A stretch of 64,000 bases of DNA from Octopus vulgaris (GCA_951406725.2 OX597819.1:58404001-58468000), one strand, 5' to 3'. Positions 27,401-44,519 are shown, counted from the stretch's first letter. A program made the numbers and translations. Notes: generated by a model from the sequence alone, not told the origin.

Positions 27401-27454
27401 AATGTCATGACACTGCAACTATCGTCATTGCTGCAGCCACTGCCGCCACCGCCA

Positions 27455-28080
27455 CCATTAATGCCTGCTAGAAACAACAGCTAAGACTTCCTCAAATAAC
27501 AGCTGACCCAGAATGTTTAAATAAAGAAGAGTACGTAAGATAATACGGTCCTGAAATGCGTACATAAAAATTTTTTTAAATATATATATATATAGGGTGG
27601 TCACGGTTGGACCGCCTTTGATCCTGACTAATACTGCAGCTAACTCCACCAAAACGATACTGACCACCGCCGCCGCTGCTGTCACCACCATTACCAGCAA
27701 GAAACTGCAGCTAAGTATCCCTCAAATTAGAGCCAGCCCTAAATTTGAAATAAAAGGATTACATTAGATAATACAGTCCCCAATATGCATACATAAAAGA
27801 TGAGATGATCACGGTTGGAATGTCTTTGATCGCGAGAAATACTGCAACTAACACCACTCCACCACAACCACCGCAACCACCATTGTCATTACCATAACCT
27901 GTCAGAAACTGCAGCCAGATCTCCCTCAAATTACAGCCGATCCAGATTTTTAAATAAAGAAGAGTTCATTGCATAATACAGTCTAGGATATGCATGTATG
28001 AAAGATGGGATGGTCACGGTTGGAATGCCTTTGATCGTAGGTCTGCTCGTTATAGGCTGACTTATGATGATTACACAGCA
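27455..28080. repeat. Three diverged tandem ~200-230-bp units of an interspersed repeat, separated by (CCA/CCG)-rich tracts
   Basis: Recurrent AGAAAC..CAGC.AAG...CCTCAAAT...GATAATAC.GTC...GGTCACGGTTGGA..GCCTTTGATC. Related pieces at ~26590-26760 and ~32640-32820. Confidence 0.7.
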
Positions 28081-28887
28081 GCATAACCTAACACCGCTAC
28101 CTTTGCCACCAACGCCATCATAGCAAAAACCGTCACTAATATCGCCGCCACCACCATCACCACTACCCCAACACTAATATGGCCTCTACACCACCGTCGC
28201 CAGCCACAATCAAACTACTTTTAGACACCCACCAGTAAACTGTTGAAGAACCATTCCTGACAAGTCTTTGGGTTAAGATAGAAGGAAAAGAGATCTACGA
28301 ACGGGACATTCCTTTTACATTCCCCCCTCCTTCCAACTCCTCACCGCATCCTTCCTTTTCACCCCGCCTCTCTCTCTCTCTCTCTCCCTTTCTCCCTCCC
28401 TCCTTCTCTCTCTCTCTCGCCCTTTCTCTCTCTGTCCCACTTTCTCCTCCCTATCCCCACCCCATCATTCTCCATATTTTTTGCTTACAGTGCATTTCCT
28501 TCCAGCACACTATTTCCTCGAGACTTCGCAGCACGTGGCTTGGGCCGTTTTTTTTTAAGACTCTCTAACAGAAGAAAATTTTTTTTATTTTTCTTTTACT
28601 ATTCTTATGATATTTCATGCAACCATTTATAATTTTCTCTTTATTTCGTTAGTTTTTTTTTCTCTGTTTTTTTTTTTTCTTTTGTGTCCTTCATTTATAT
28701 TTTGTTGAAATTCTTTGGTTACTGGAATTCCATTAGTTGCTACTTTGGGAACACAGATCCTTATTTGTGTTTTGCTAGTTACTAAGTGTAAGGTACACAG
28801 ACAGAAAATTTTATGGAGTTGAAGGGTAGGCGATTAGTCGATTAAAATGACGCTAGTACTTGACTGGCACGTTATTTAATCGACCCT

Positions 28888-29745
28888 AAGGCGGCGAGCT
28901 GGCAGAAACGTTAGCACGCCGGGCGAAATGCTGAGAGGTATTCCGTCAGCCGTTACATTCTGAGTTCAAATTCCGCCGAGGTCGACTTTGCCTTTCATCC
29001 TTTCGGGGTCGATAAATTAAGTACCAGTTTTGCACTGAGGTCGATGTATTCGACTTAATCCGTTTGTCTGTCCTTGTTTGTCCCCGCTATGTTTAGCCCC
29101 TTGTAGGCAATAAAGAAATAAGAAATTAGCAGGCCGGGCGAAATGCGTAGCCGTATTTCGTCTGCCGTTACGTTCTGAGTTCAAATTCCGCCGAGGTCGA
29201 CTTTGCCTTTCATCCTTTCGGGATTGATCAAATAAGTACCAGTTACGCACTGGGGTCGATATAATCGAATTAATCCATTTGTCTGTCCTTTTTTGTCCTC
29301 TCTGTGTTTAGCCCCTTGTGGGTAGTAAAGAAATAGGTATTTCGTCTGTCTTTACGTTCTGAGTTCAAATTCCGCCGAGGTCGACTTTGCCTTTCATCCT
29401 TTCAGGGTCGATAAATTAAGTACTAGTCCTTGTTTGTCCCCTCTATGTTTAGCCCCTTGTGGGCAATAAAGAAATAAGAAATGTTAGCACGCCGGGCGAA
29501 ATGCTTAGTGGTATTTCGTCTGTCTTTACGTTCTGAGTTCAATTTCCTCTTCAACTCCACAAAATTTTCTGTCTGTGTACCTAAGTTGTAAAGTACTGTT
29601 ATTGTTGTTAAAGAAATAGGTATTTCGTCTGCCGTTACGTTCTGAGTTCAAATTCCGCCGAGGTCGACTTTGCCTTTCATCCTTTCGGGGTCAATAGATT
29701 AAGTACCAGTTGCGCACTAAGGTCGATCTAATCGACTGGTCCCCT
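28888..29745 (+). mobile_element. Concatemer of SINE family B units
   Basis: Five successive TTCTGAGTTCAA cores with alternating tails. Confidence 0.82.
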
Positions 29746-30903
29746 CAGATCATAAATACGAAAGAAGTGCCGCTCAGCGGGCTAACGATTGTGTCAGCTC
29801 GCCGCCTTTATACAATCTATTAATATCATTATGTAACTACTATAATGAAAGCCGTTTATTACAATCACGGATATTATCAAACGGTTATTGTTATGACTCC
29901 TTCCAAAAGTGATCATAATATGCAGGTAGAAAAGGAAACAGAGCTCCCGCCCCTTTACATGGTCGCTGAGAATGGTGAACGGGAGAGAAGACGGTAACCA
30001 CGAACCGGAATCTTGTCCTGGATTATTGGAACAGTGTAAAATCCCTAAATGGCATTCAAGGTACCGAATGGTAGTGTTAAACCGAGCGACGGATTAAGTA
30101 GGCCATCATGAGATTTGGACTCAGAACGAAACGCACAAGAACAAAAATTCGCGTGGCAGCCAATCCGATGTTCTTGCAGTCCCACCACTACAACGCCCTA
30201 GATTGGTACTTATTTGCTGAATCCCGAACGGATGAAAAGAAGTTTACTCGGCGTGAAATTTGAACCACAAGGATCTCTGTCTAACGATCACTGTTTCTAG
30301 TTGGTTATATCTACCATATAGATGCTTCTATGAAAACTTGCCACCATCAATGAAGAGTTAGGTAGTTGGTTAATTTGGAAATAGTCTTGCTATTCGACAC
30401 TACGGAGAAAATTGTAAAATTTTAACCAACACTATGTATATAGACTATCAACACCATGTCTTTATATTCAAAATCTTCGGGAATAGAAAACAAGTAGACC
30501 CAGCCGGACTAGTTATAATCCTGTGTATTGATTTAAAAAACTATTGCGTAAGCTTTTAAACTGTTTGCAGAGGCACTGCTATAAACCCTATAATATAGGA
30601 TATAAATCAGATATACAGATTTAAAAATTTTAACGCATTCTTGGTTGCCAGCTTGACTGATCTCTCTATTTCAGTCCAGAAGACTATCATATACAGAGGC
30701 AGAGTGTTTAAAATTGTCTACAAATACAATACTAGCTAAAAATCTATAGATATGATCTGTAATACAGCAGAGCAGTATCGAAGCAGGACAAACGGATCAG
30801 TAATGTATACATCCTACCACCTGAGAAGAATGCCTTATTACATGCAAATAAGTCTATCCAATGTATTAAAACCCTTAAAAACAGTCGATTTAAAAGCATT
30901 GTT

Positions 30904-31140
30904 TCTTATTTCTTTTTTACCCACAAGGGGCTAAACATAGAGGGGACAAACAAGGACAGACAAACGGATTAAGTCGATTATATCGACCCCAGTGCGTAAC
31001 TGGTACTTATTTGATCGATCCCGAAAGGATGAAAGGCAAAGTCGACCTCGGCGGAATTTGAACTCAGAACGTAACGGCAGACGAAATACGGCTACGCATT
31101 TCGCCCGGCGTGCTAACGCTTCTGCCAGCTCGCCGCCTTA
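30904..31140 (-). mobile_element. SINE family B monomer
   Basis: Near-consensus; TTTAAAAGCATTGTTTCT on both sides is a TSD-like duplication. Confidence 0.85.
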
Positions 31141-31489
31141 TTTAAAAGCATTGTTTCTACGAAATGAGAAAGAAAGCAGTTAGTTGCTGATGGGTTTCCA
31201 ACGCAGGGGTGAAAATCCTCCGGCTGATTCCTTTTTTTGTTTTTGTTTTTTTGTTGGGAACGCAGGGTTTAGGGTTGTATACAGTCAAGGTGTGACACAC
31301 AAACATCTGTCTGTTACACACAGTGATGGCCCTCCCTTTTAACATCAGCTTAGCTGTATCCTATACACTTTTATGTAAGTCAGTTCCATTGTCCCTTTCT
31401 TTCTCTTTCATGCACAATATGTTTGCATAATCTTTTACACACTGATGTAAACAAGCACAGCGCTAATATGTATATGTGTGTGTGAGGGG

Positions 31490-31534
<45 letters not shown>

Positions 31535-31865
31535 GTCTGTATGTATTTATGTATGTAAATAAATAAAATATGTACCAATTGTGAAATAGTTTTTACTGAC
31601 TACTCTTTTACCCAAAATATTTTGGCTTGTAAGTAATCCTAATTATTGTTCATGCTACTGTTGTTGTTGTTGTCGTCGTCGTCGTTGCTACTTCTATAAT
31701 TAATATTAATATCGTAGCCCTACAAGGTACTAATTAATTGCAAGATGCGGACGAGTAAATCCATTCATAAAATCGACTGATCATCATGTGAACCAAAAGT
31801 CATGGCCGTTTGATGTTCATTATGAGTTATAGTTATATACGTTCATTGAAAGCTGATTGCTAGCT

Positions 31866-31937
31866 GGCCCTGTGGCGCAACGGTAGCGCGTCTGACTCCA
31901 GATCAGAAGGTTGCGTGTTCAAATCACGTCGGGGTCA
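31866..31937 (+). tRNA. trnW-CCA: tRNA-Trp(CCA), variant copy 2
   Basis: 72-nt cloverleaf (..GGTTGCGTGTTCAAATC..). Long T run 14 nt downstream; TTATATA at about -33. Confidence 0.96.
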
Positions 31938-32099
31938 CAGAGTGCAGTCGCTTTTTTTTTTATTCCTCTTTTTTTTTTAAAGATAGATGTATAATTATTA
32001 GGTCGCTGTTTGAAACTACGCCATTTACAAAACATTTATTTGCTTAATATGACTATTAATATTCAGATCAGTCTCTAATTCCTCACACCCTCAATTAAA

Positions 32100-32420
32100 G
32101 TAAAGAACCCCTTCGGTCATGAATGACCATGGGATTGCACCTAGAAAGTTCCACTCCGAGGCACAAGTCCGTGTAAAGTTGTTTATGGAAGACCAGCAGT
32201 CGCCCATGCATACCAGTTTCTCCTCTCCACGCCACTGATGTTATCCAAGGGTAAGGCAAAGGCCGATACAGCTTGGCAACAGTGGGCATCACAACTCATT
32301 TCTACAACTGAGTGAACTGCAGCAACGTGAAATAAAGTGTCTTGCTCAAGAACACAATAATACATAACCCGGCCCAGGAATGGATCTCACTAGTTTATGA
32401 TTGTGAGCCCGATGTTACAA
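32100..32420 (-). mobile_element. SINE family C
   Basis: Reverse homolog of 12895-13215. Confidence 0.7.
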
Positions 32421-34059
32421 GTATAATTATTAGTGTATTTCAGGAAAATATAGTGTGTCACGGCTGGAAAGCCTTTAACCATAATGCTACTTCAACGATG
32501 CTGATCTAAGCAGTGTCAGCATCAACAACAACAAAAGCAACAAGAATAAATGGTTTCTTGCAGACGATATTGCATGTTGTTATGGCTGTCATTGCTGCTG
32601 CGGTCGTTGTTGTTGTTGTTGATGCTGATGTTGTTATTTAGCAGTAGATGAACTCTAATCCAGCATATCTACATTCAATCATCGTCATTCCAGCCGTGAT
32701 CAGTTCCATTGTTTTAGGGTATTTAGGGTCGGATTATCTATTGTGTCTTTCCTCTTTTTAACAGTGAAATGTGGATTGAAATCTGACTGCTTCTATTTCT
32801 ATCATGCAGAGGCTTTCTTGTTGGTTTGTCTTCTGGCTTTGGAAATATGTGCTAAGAAGTAGGGTTGCGTTAATGTCCAAGAAGTCGGGAAGGTGGGACC
32901 AGACACTCTATGCCGTCCTTCTCCATGAGTTGAAAAACAAAAGAACAGCGTACCCCAGCGTACCATTACATAGCACCAACACTTCCATCACAACTATTTC
33001 CACCATTGCTTATTGGTATTCTAGTATAGCTAGGCAAACGGGTTAGGATAGAAGACCGGCATCTTGGTTTAATTCTTTAGCATTCGGATTATTCTGTCAA
33101 ATGTAAGGTTTATTCATTCACATTGTTCTGAATTATTCATTATCTCGTAGCTCCAAAGTTTCGTTAATGTGACCGTTTATTTTTAAAATAACATTGTATG
33201 ATAAATGCGAGAGGACGGATCTAGCAAGTTTGAACTTAAAACGGGTGGAATATTTGGGTTGGATATGACTGGTTTAAATGCTAAGGGGTTAAGACACAGT
33301 AAAGTGGAGGGAAGAAGATATGAATTTTCTACCTCATCGGTGAGTTGTTGACTCTTTGTATTCCCATCAACAGTCAGCTTATCAACATTTTCATGTACGT
33401 AAGTGAGTAAGGTTCCCTGAGGTAGCTTAAGCTATTCTATATAAGGGGCATTCAGATTGCCCTCGATTCGCACCCCTCCGTCGAAGTATATGTGGTCAGT
33501 GAGTGCATATCCTCATGTTTTACCATTCTTTTACTACTAATATATAATGAAATTGTTGTATACAGTGCTCAGGTGCACTACAAATAAATAAATAAATGAA
33601 TAAATAAATAAAGGCATTCGGTGTACTGTTGGCGAATTTCAGAAAGCTTGGAAGTTTTGGAGGATGTAGTGTCTCGACAGCTAACAACTAATTTCCAAGA
33701 ACTTTTGCATATTTCCAAGAAATATATACACATATATACATTTATAATACATGCCCTAACACTGACTCAAATACCGTTTTACATAGATTTCCATGAAATA
33801 AAGAACTTTCACTTTCAACGTAATGTGCCGACTCGACTGTAATCAGTAAATATTTGAGTAACGTTTCCTTTTTTTCACCCAGCTTAAATCTAATATTCAC
33901 ATCCTTCCATCTTTTCATTGTTTTTTTCAGACATTTAATTTACTCCTCACTTCTAATCCGCAGTCTCCGGCTATTTTGCTTGCTTTCTTCCCACGCTCTA
34001 TCTTTCACTTCTTAACACTTGATCTCTTATCTTTTAATCCTCCTCACGCAAAAAGGTAA

Positions 34060-36720
<2,661 letters not shown>

Positions 36721-36754
36721 GATCTGTATTCACCGCTCATACTTCATTATTTTG

Positions 36755-36817
<63 letters not shown>

Positions 36818-36983
36818 CGTGTGTCTGTGTGCGTGCGTGTGTGTGTGTGTGTGTATACACAACGATACACATATGTAAAACTTACTAATCTGGAGATCAT
36901 GGAAAATTGACAATCAGATTTTAGAAATTTAAACGAAGGTTGTCATTTTTTTATTACCACAAGTGTGATTACTTCGATACATT

Positions 36984-37092
<109 letters not shown>

Positions 37093-37287
37093 GGAGAGAG
37101 TGAGGCAAAGAGGGAGATGAGCCAATAGAGTACGACATAAAATGGGCTAGATGATTTAGATAAAGAGATAGAGGGAATAATTAAATGAATAATTAAATGA
37201 GAGAGAATTTCACATTAGTAAGGAAGATACACAAACATGCACACACATACACACACTTATATATGTATGTATATATATATATGTATG

Positions 37288-37386
<99 letters not shown>

Positions 37387-37486
37387 GCTCAGCTCACACA
37401 CTCATAAGTATTTTTCTCCCTCTTTCTATTACTTTATTAGTCTTACTTATACAATAAACTCAGTATCTAGATAGATAGATAGATAT

Positions 37487-37554
<68 letters not shown>

Positions 37555-37928
37555 GCCAATGGCACTGTCTTACTCATACACATAATTCATTCTCTTCTCA
37601 AATAAACCCCGTCATTATTGACAGGTACTCCACAAGTGTATACAAAAAATTCAAATCAAATATTGAAGTCGTTTTTATTGATTACTCTGCTACGCCTCTT
37701 CATAATTATTTTTAGGTACAAATAAGTTATTGTTAATAGTGCTGCTGCTGCTGCTGTTGCTGCTGCTGCCGCTGCATTTATTAATAATGTAACCTTTCTA
37801 AACATTATGTAAGCGATGAAATAATTACAAGCGGTAGACGAGAGTAAAAAGTAATATAAATGACACAGCTGAGTGAAGTTTGTTGTGAGTTAGAGTTATA
37901 TACTTTCATTGATAAGTGTTAATTGACT

Positions 37929-38000
37929 GGCCCTGTGGCGCAACGGTAGCGCGTCTGACTCCAGATCAGAAGGCTGCGTGTTCGAATCACGTCGGGGTCA
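37929..38000 (+). tRNA. trnW-CCA: tRNA-Trp(CCA), major sequence
   Basis: GGCCCTGTGG...AAGGCTGCGTGTTCGAATCACGTCGGGGTCA; T4 at +7; TTATATA at about -32. Confidence 0.97.
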
Positions 38001-38047
38001 TACAGCTTTTATTGTTTTATACCAATTTTACGATCATTAAGAGTTGG

Positions 38048-38405
38048 ATTGTTGTTTGGTATTGTTATTCAAATTCCGCCGAGGTTGACTTTGCCTTTCA
38101 TCCTTTCGGTGTCAATTAAATAAGTACCAGTTATGCACTAGGGTCGATATAATCGACTTAATCCCTTTGTCTGTCCTTGTTTGTCCCCTCTGTGTGTAGC
38201 CCCTTGTGGGCAGTAAAGAAATAGGTATTGTTGTTTGGTATTGTTATTCAAATTCCGCCGAGGTCGACTTTGCCTTTCATCCTTTCGGTGTCGATTAAAT
38301 AAGTACCAGTTATGCACTAGGGTCGATATAATCGACTTAATCCCTTTGTCTGTCCTTGTTTGTCCCCTCTGTGTGTAGCCCCTTGTGGGCAGTAAAGAAA
38401 TAGGT
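38048..38405 (+). repeat. 179-bp tandem duplication containing a 5'-truncated SINE B
   Basis: Units 38048-38226 and 38227-38405 are almost identical and include non-SINE flank. Confidence 0.88.
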
Positions 38406-38667
38406 ATTGTTATTTATCTACTGTTCATTTGTTTACAGACAGTAAATGATAAACTTATGTCACCATTGTTCCAAACGCTCGCGAGCATGAAGCCATAAAA
38501 CTGATGCACTTAGTTCGCGAACATGGGTGAGCAACCATATTTCATAAGGATCCTTCTTGAAGCACCACAACACCCTACGTCAAAAACTTTGGTGAGATCA
38601 ACAAAGCTTACAGACAAGGTCTGATTCAGCTACATACATATATAGATATATATGGTAAATAGAATCA

Positions 38668-38995
38668 GGCGCAGGCGTGGGTGTGTGGTAAGTAGCTTGC
38701 TTCCCAACCACATGGTCTCGGGTTCAGTCCCACTGCGTAGCACCTTGGGCAATTGTCTTCTGCTATAACCTAGGGCCGACTAATGCCTTGTGAGTGGATA
38801 TAGTAGACGGAAACAGAAATAAGCTCGTCGTATATATACATATATTGTGTGTCTGTGTTTGTCCCCCACCCCATCACTTGACAACTCGGTGTGTTTACAT
38901 TCCCGATAGAATAAGTAGTAGGCTTACAAAGAATAAGTCCTGGGAGAGGTGCTCCAGCATGGACGCAGTTAAATGACTGGAACAAATGAAAACAT
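38668..38995 (+). mobile_element. SINE family A
   Basis: Head and tail match the family. Confidence 0.78.
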
Positions 38996-40578
38996 AATAT
39001 AAGCACCGCCTGGATCTGTCCTACGGTAAAGATAACACCAATAGTACCTATTTGATTATGAAAGCCACATTGACTTACTAGCAGGAGACTGTTAGTGATG
39101 AGATGTTAGTGGATCGACCCTGGAGTAATTTTGCTAAGATTTTGCCAGCATCCTTGATTTCTTTGCCGACCACAACAAGTAAAACAGTTCAGTTTTTCAT
39201 TGAGCATTTCACCACCATAGGCATATATTTCTGTAGGAACTAAATCTGCAAATGGTGCTTTATTAAAAAATAGTGCTTTAAGTTTGCAACTATTCATAAA
39301 CCACGTACGTATTACGGGCATCAGAAAATTTGCTGTGGCAAGGGACACATTTAGACCTTTAAGATAAAATCAGTAAGAAAAAGATGATGGCTTGTTCGTA
39401 GAATCAGTAGTAATGTTTGTGATGAAGATGTTGTTAGCGGTTATATAAAGAAAAACTACAACTTAAAATTTCATGTTATAATATTTATCTTTATTAGAAA
39501 AAAGAAACTTCATTGAGGTCTTTCAGGTCCATTTGGACCGTAAATGTTTCATTTTCTGAAAAGTCAATCACCGCAGGTCCCGAAAGCAATTTTGTTCCCC
39601 CTTACAAAATTTCCTTCAGAGCCCCTGAGTGTGTGAGTTGTTAGTTGGTGTATGCTAGTTGTTGTGTGATATGTAGTGGTTCACCTCCTTGTGTAGTTCT
39701 GTCTTCTTGGTGCCGATGCCTTCCTCGTTGATATTGTCATCATAAATCAAAATACCGAAATTCTGGAATCTTGTCCGGTTTTTCATATTATCAGCATGTT
39801 TTGGCTTCCACATGGCCAGAGTTAGATTTTCATCAACTCCTAGATCTAATCCAGGAATGAATTCCGAATTTGACATTGAAATTGTTGTTAGGTTCATCCA
39901 ACAAATGTTTTGTACTTGTAAAATGGAGCTGAAATTTCGGTTATGGATAATAAATGTTCCTCTGGTTAGACGAACAACAATTTCTTTTATGGCAAATATA
40001 CAAGAAATTTTTGGTGCTTGATTCAGCAATGACGTCTGCGTCTGGCTCAGGTAGATTAAAAGTATCAGAGAAATCATCATCATCGTAACCATCATCTTCA
40101 TCATCATCGACAGCATCAAAATTGTTGGCGGTGCAAGTCCATATCAAAAAGTTGGCGAAAGAATGTCCGACAAATTTGCCCAGGCGCTTAAACAGTTTCC
40201 TGGTCCTACGGGGCATTTATCATTTACAAATGAAACAACAACACAAATAGCGGCGGTAAAAATGGTAAAATAGAAACTAAGTCACTTAATTCGATACTCT
40301 AAATATATCGATTATTTCAAAACAAATCAGTTATATCGATCAGAATTCGATTTGTAGCGTTTGTTGGATATGCGACTCAACTGGAGAATGAGAAATTTGT
40401 CAGGTGGTAACTATTGATGCTTCAAGTTCCTCTTGTTGATTATGACGTAATCATTTCAGACTAACACACATACTCATACACACACGTAAAAACACACACA
40501 TACATACACACACATACACACAAACACTTATACATCTGCCAATCACGTCCACTAATATAGCTAGAAGATTTGGTTCCA

Positions 40579-42249
40579 GGTAAATTCCACTGCGGTAAAT
40601 TCCACTCTAGGTAATATGAATACATTTTAGATCACATTTTATTCACACATTAAAATAAAAATGACGCTTAGTACATAAAAAGTGATGAAAAATGTTTAAT
40701 ATATTTCCAGAAAATACTTTTATGACAAATTGCGTGCAATATTTCTTAAAAATTGCAGAACGTTTTCAGATAGATAATTCAGCTTCTTTAATCGTGCATC
40801 AATCATTTAATAAAGCGGTTTTTTTTGTTGTGTCCCCACGTCGAATGTGCACAATTTTCGTCTGGCTTAAGCCTTCTTCAGTCTTAAGGGCATTGTAAAG
40901 TTTTCACAAATTTGGATGTGTAGATGTTATCGACGACCGCAAAGTATTGTGGAACCCTTCTACCAAATTATTTTCTCTTGGCAAGTCATTTGAAATGCGG
41001 TCACATATATTTCAGAGCTAGATACGAAACTGTGGGGTTTCTCTTCGTCCCAATGTATGAATTCTCAAAATAAGTGATAAACTCAGAAGGGATGCTTTCA
41101 TCACCAGACAAATCTTCAAATCCATTGGCAACGTCTAAAGCGTAAAAGCACTAACTTTTAAGCTGAAAACTTTCATCCGTGTTGTATTTCCTACTCTCAC
41201 CAAGTGCAAATATCTTTCGCCAAATGGACTATCCGAGATGAAAAACACACCTAACTCCTTCTAAATGCGGAAATACAGAAACAAATGAATTATGGAGAGC
41301 TTGTTCAAAGTCCATAAAACAGGTCACAGGTCGACAGTTTTCCCTTAAATCCCGCACACCAGATATAACTCTATGATACACGGCTTCTTTTTTGTCAAGA
41401 AGTAAAACAAATATCCTGGGCACAAATGACCCTCCAATAGTGACATCTAGCGTGAAACGCTGACATCACAAACTAAGAGACACCTTAAAAGTCCGCTCAC
41501 AGGTCCAATTTTAAGAGCTTTCTAGATCATCCAAGCCTTATTCCTGAGTAAAAAAACTAAAATTCTGTCCGAGTCATCAATGTCACTGTCAAAGACCAAA
41601 AACAAGGACCCATTTTCTAAGTATCTAACTGCATCAGGAATTTCAAATCCTGAACGACAAGTTGGGATTCCTAAAGCATGCTGCCTCTAGTTACGTATGT
41701 TACGCGAAAGTCCAGGAATAGTTTGCAACAATGATTGTGATCCTCAACGAGATTTTGTACAGCAGTTGCTATTACTTCCCGTGGAGATACTGTGCCGTTC
41801 TCATTACTTCACTTTTCATTGAATTAACTACCTTTGGGGCATTAACGTGTGCACTGCTTGCTGATTGATAATGGAAACCCGTTGAAAAAATAACTTCCGG
41901 TGTACTGGAGTTGAAAGTTGCATGTTGTCTCGCCCGGCAACCTTTGTAAAAACGTTCACAACGCCAATATACTTTACGTATATATGATTCTCTTCGCTGC
42001 AAAGCCTACGTTTGTTCTTCTCTGATGTTATACATGTTGCCATGGTTGAGGGTTTCAAAGTTCAAAGTTAAACTGAATAGAAAAATATTAGCAGTACAGT
42101 GAAATTCAGTTAAAAAATGAGTAACAATGGCATAAACCTATATTTTAACTAAGGACTAATTAGTTAAGATATGTGTAACAGGGGCGTGTCTAATTAATTT
42201 TCTATAGACCGTTATTTTCTGAGTGGAATTTATCGAAGTGGAATTTACC
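40579..42249 (-). mobile_element. MULE (Mutator-like) DNA transposon with FLYWCH domain, decayed
   Basis: TIRs GGTAAATTCCAC..CGGTAAATTCCACTC / GAGTGGAATTTATCG..GTGGAATTTACC. Minus-strand YWRCERFYKGCRAR, FMDFEQAL...FP...C.FHL and NNLVEGFHN. Confidence 0.85.
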
Positions 42250-42330
42250 ACTCACGGAAAATTTACATATATAGTTGAATACATAGTTATATAAATAAGT
42301 TTATATCATTTAAGCCTTACGCCCCCTCCC

Positions 42331-42393
<63 letters not shown>

Positions 42394-42442
42394 CATATAC
42401 AGGTGTTCGGGGTAAATTTGACACTTTGCAGGCACATACACA

Positions 42443-42473
<31 letters not shown>

Positions 42474-42492
42474 ACATATACATATACATATA

Positions 42493-43155
42493 TAGGTGTT
42501 CGGACTAAATTTGACAGTTTGCATAAAACGAGAAGAAAACAATATCCCATCCAAAAATGAAAGTATTTTAAAAGACCAAAACATCTCAACTTGATTATGG
42601 CTGGGAAATCACAGTTTACTCTAAGTAGCCGCCCTCAGCTTCCACCACAGCCTCAAGGCGGCTAGGGAACTTGGCGCTTACACTCCTCACTGTATCATTA
42701 GGAAGATATTTCAATACCTTGATCTTGGTCACCAGCTTGGCATTGGTGTAACAGACAGAGCGATTAGCATCTTTCTCAGTCGCACCCCACACATAGTATT
42801 CCATAGGTTTACAATCGGGTGAATTAGGAGGCCTAAAATTTGGGCTGGTGAAGTCGTAGAAATTCCCTGACAACCGGTTCCGACTCTTTCCGGACCGATG
42901 GCAAGGTAACCGCCGCACATATGGCCTTCAAGTAGCAACCCTTCCCAACCAGAATTTGACCTCAGTCTCCAACAGCTTCACGTAACCAGTCTCCAACAGC
43001 TTCACATAACCAGTTTCCAGCAGCTTCCCATAGCCGTCTGAATTAAGCCTAAGGCCCTGTTCAAACATGTTAGACGGCAGGACGTCTTCCTTACTGGAAG
43101 CACACCCAAATACCATCACAGTTTGAGGGCTTCTGGTTTTCATGATGTCCATGTC
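42493..43155 (-). pseudogene. maT/DD37D-like Tc1-mariner transposase 3' fragment with right TIR
   Basis: PQTVMVFGC...FEQGLRLNSDGY, PPNSPDCKPMEYYVWG and RLEAVVEAEGGYLE*. TIR-like AGGTGTTCGG..TAAATTTGACA at ~42494, repeated at ~42400. Confidence 0.75.
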
Positions 43156-43194
43156 ACGTCTTACAGCCTTTACAACGTTCACACAGCATTGAGC

Positions 43195-43465
43195 AGGAGT
43201 CAAGGCTCTTTTTCATCTCATGCATATTCTTTGCATGAAGTTTTAAGTCATCCACAAAGAAACAGTGTGTAATTTTGGTACTTCTGTTTCTTTGTGAACC
43301 AGTGAGATATCCTTCAGACTTCCTTAACATGAACGATAAGGGGTTTACAAAAAGTATAAACATCACAGAGAGGCTGTCTCTTTGGAATATGCCTTTGCGA
43401 TATTGTATTCTATCGGTGACAATAGAGTCACTCTTTGTGTTTAATTTCAAGATTGTGGCCCACAA
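43195..43465 (-). pseudogene. R4/Dong-like non-LTR reverse transcriptase fragment
   Basis: KGIFQRDSLS..FILFVNPLSFML...ITHCFFVDDLKL. Confidence 0.75.
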
Positions 43466-43702
43466 TGAAGTCAGATCAGCTATGGCTATGTATGTATGTA
43501 TGCATGTATGTATGTATGTATGTATGTATGTATGTATGTATGTATGTATGTATGTATGTATGTATGTATGTACGTACGTACGTATGTATGTGTAAGCAGT
43601 CTAAGAGTCCATAAGTCAAGAAAAAATGCACTCGTATATCTGTTAGTCAAGTAGATTTATTAATCAAAGTGCACGCTATTATATATCCATTACCGTCGAT
43701 CT

Positions 43703-43782
43703 TACCTATCGGTTTCGCACTAGGGGTTCAACGGAGTGTTAGGTAACATTCCGATTATGTAACCCTGCGCTCTTCAGAGGTA
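43703..43782 (-). ncRNA. Type I hammerhead ribozyme motif with extended stem II
   Basis: Minus strand reads TACC-T-CTGAAGA-GCGC..GGGTT..CGGAATGTTA-CC-TAACACTCCG..AACCC..GTGC-GAAA-CCGA-TA-GGTA, directly 3' of a Penelope ORF. Confidence 0.6.
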
Positions 43783-43786
43783 GCTG

Positions 43787-44330
43787 TTATGGAATGAAAT
43801 ATGGCGACTGCTCAGTGTCTTTAAAGTTGGTGTTCTTGTGGGAATGAAATGTGTTCAGTAGTACTATATGTATTTCCTTTGCATGGTGAGAGGAGGGGAT
43901 GAGGCACACATCCGTGTCCGTTTGTGTGTTTTCTTTTATGTTTTGATTAAATTCAGTTTTTACATTGGGCGCACAGCTAAAGGAAATTCTCAGAGTGTGC
44001 CTATTAGATATTTTGCTGAACCTATTTGTACGGGGGAAGTGCCTGTCTACTAAGCTCAGGAAACTCTTGCCTACTCGGGTTTTAACACTTAAAGAGAAGG
44101 GTGTTGTGCACCACAGCACTTTCCGGCGGCGCTTTCTCTTGGAAGGGTTATGGTCTAGCATGTAACTAATTTTATCCTTGAAAACGCTGGCGGCCTGAGC
44201 CTCATAGTGCTGGTAGACAGCATACAAAATCTCTTTGCTTGAAGTCAGGTTAGAGATTCTTCTGCTGACGCCCTTTGCCAGGTTCTTGAAACCTATGGCT
44301 GGGTGACAGGAACCTGTTAATATATGATAA
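43787..44330 (-). pseudogene. Penelope-like ORF fragment (second PLE type)
   Basis: HPA.GFKNLAKGVSRRISNLTSS...RRRKVLWCTTPFSLSVKTRVGKSFLSLVDRHFP...NRHTLRISFSC. Confidence 0.8.
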
Positions 44331-44519
44331 CCCCACCACACACACACACACATGCGCGCGCACACACACACACACACACATACACACACACACACACACA
44401 TACACACACACACACACACATACACATACACACACAAGCGAATTTGATAGACTGTTTCCGTCTATCTTGTTCACTCACTAGGCATTGATCGGTTCAGGGC
44501 CACAGTAGAAAACATTTGC

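Noticed and set aside
39100-40330. Possible piggyBac-like or other transposase relic on the minus strand (acidic N-terminus)
   Set aside because: No convincing catalytic motifs or TTAA-flanked TIR pair could be read; needs tBLASTx.
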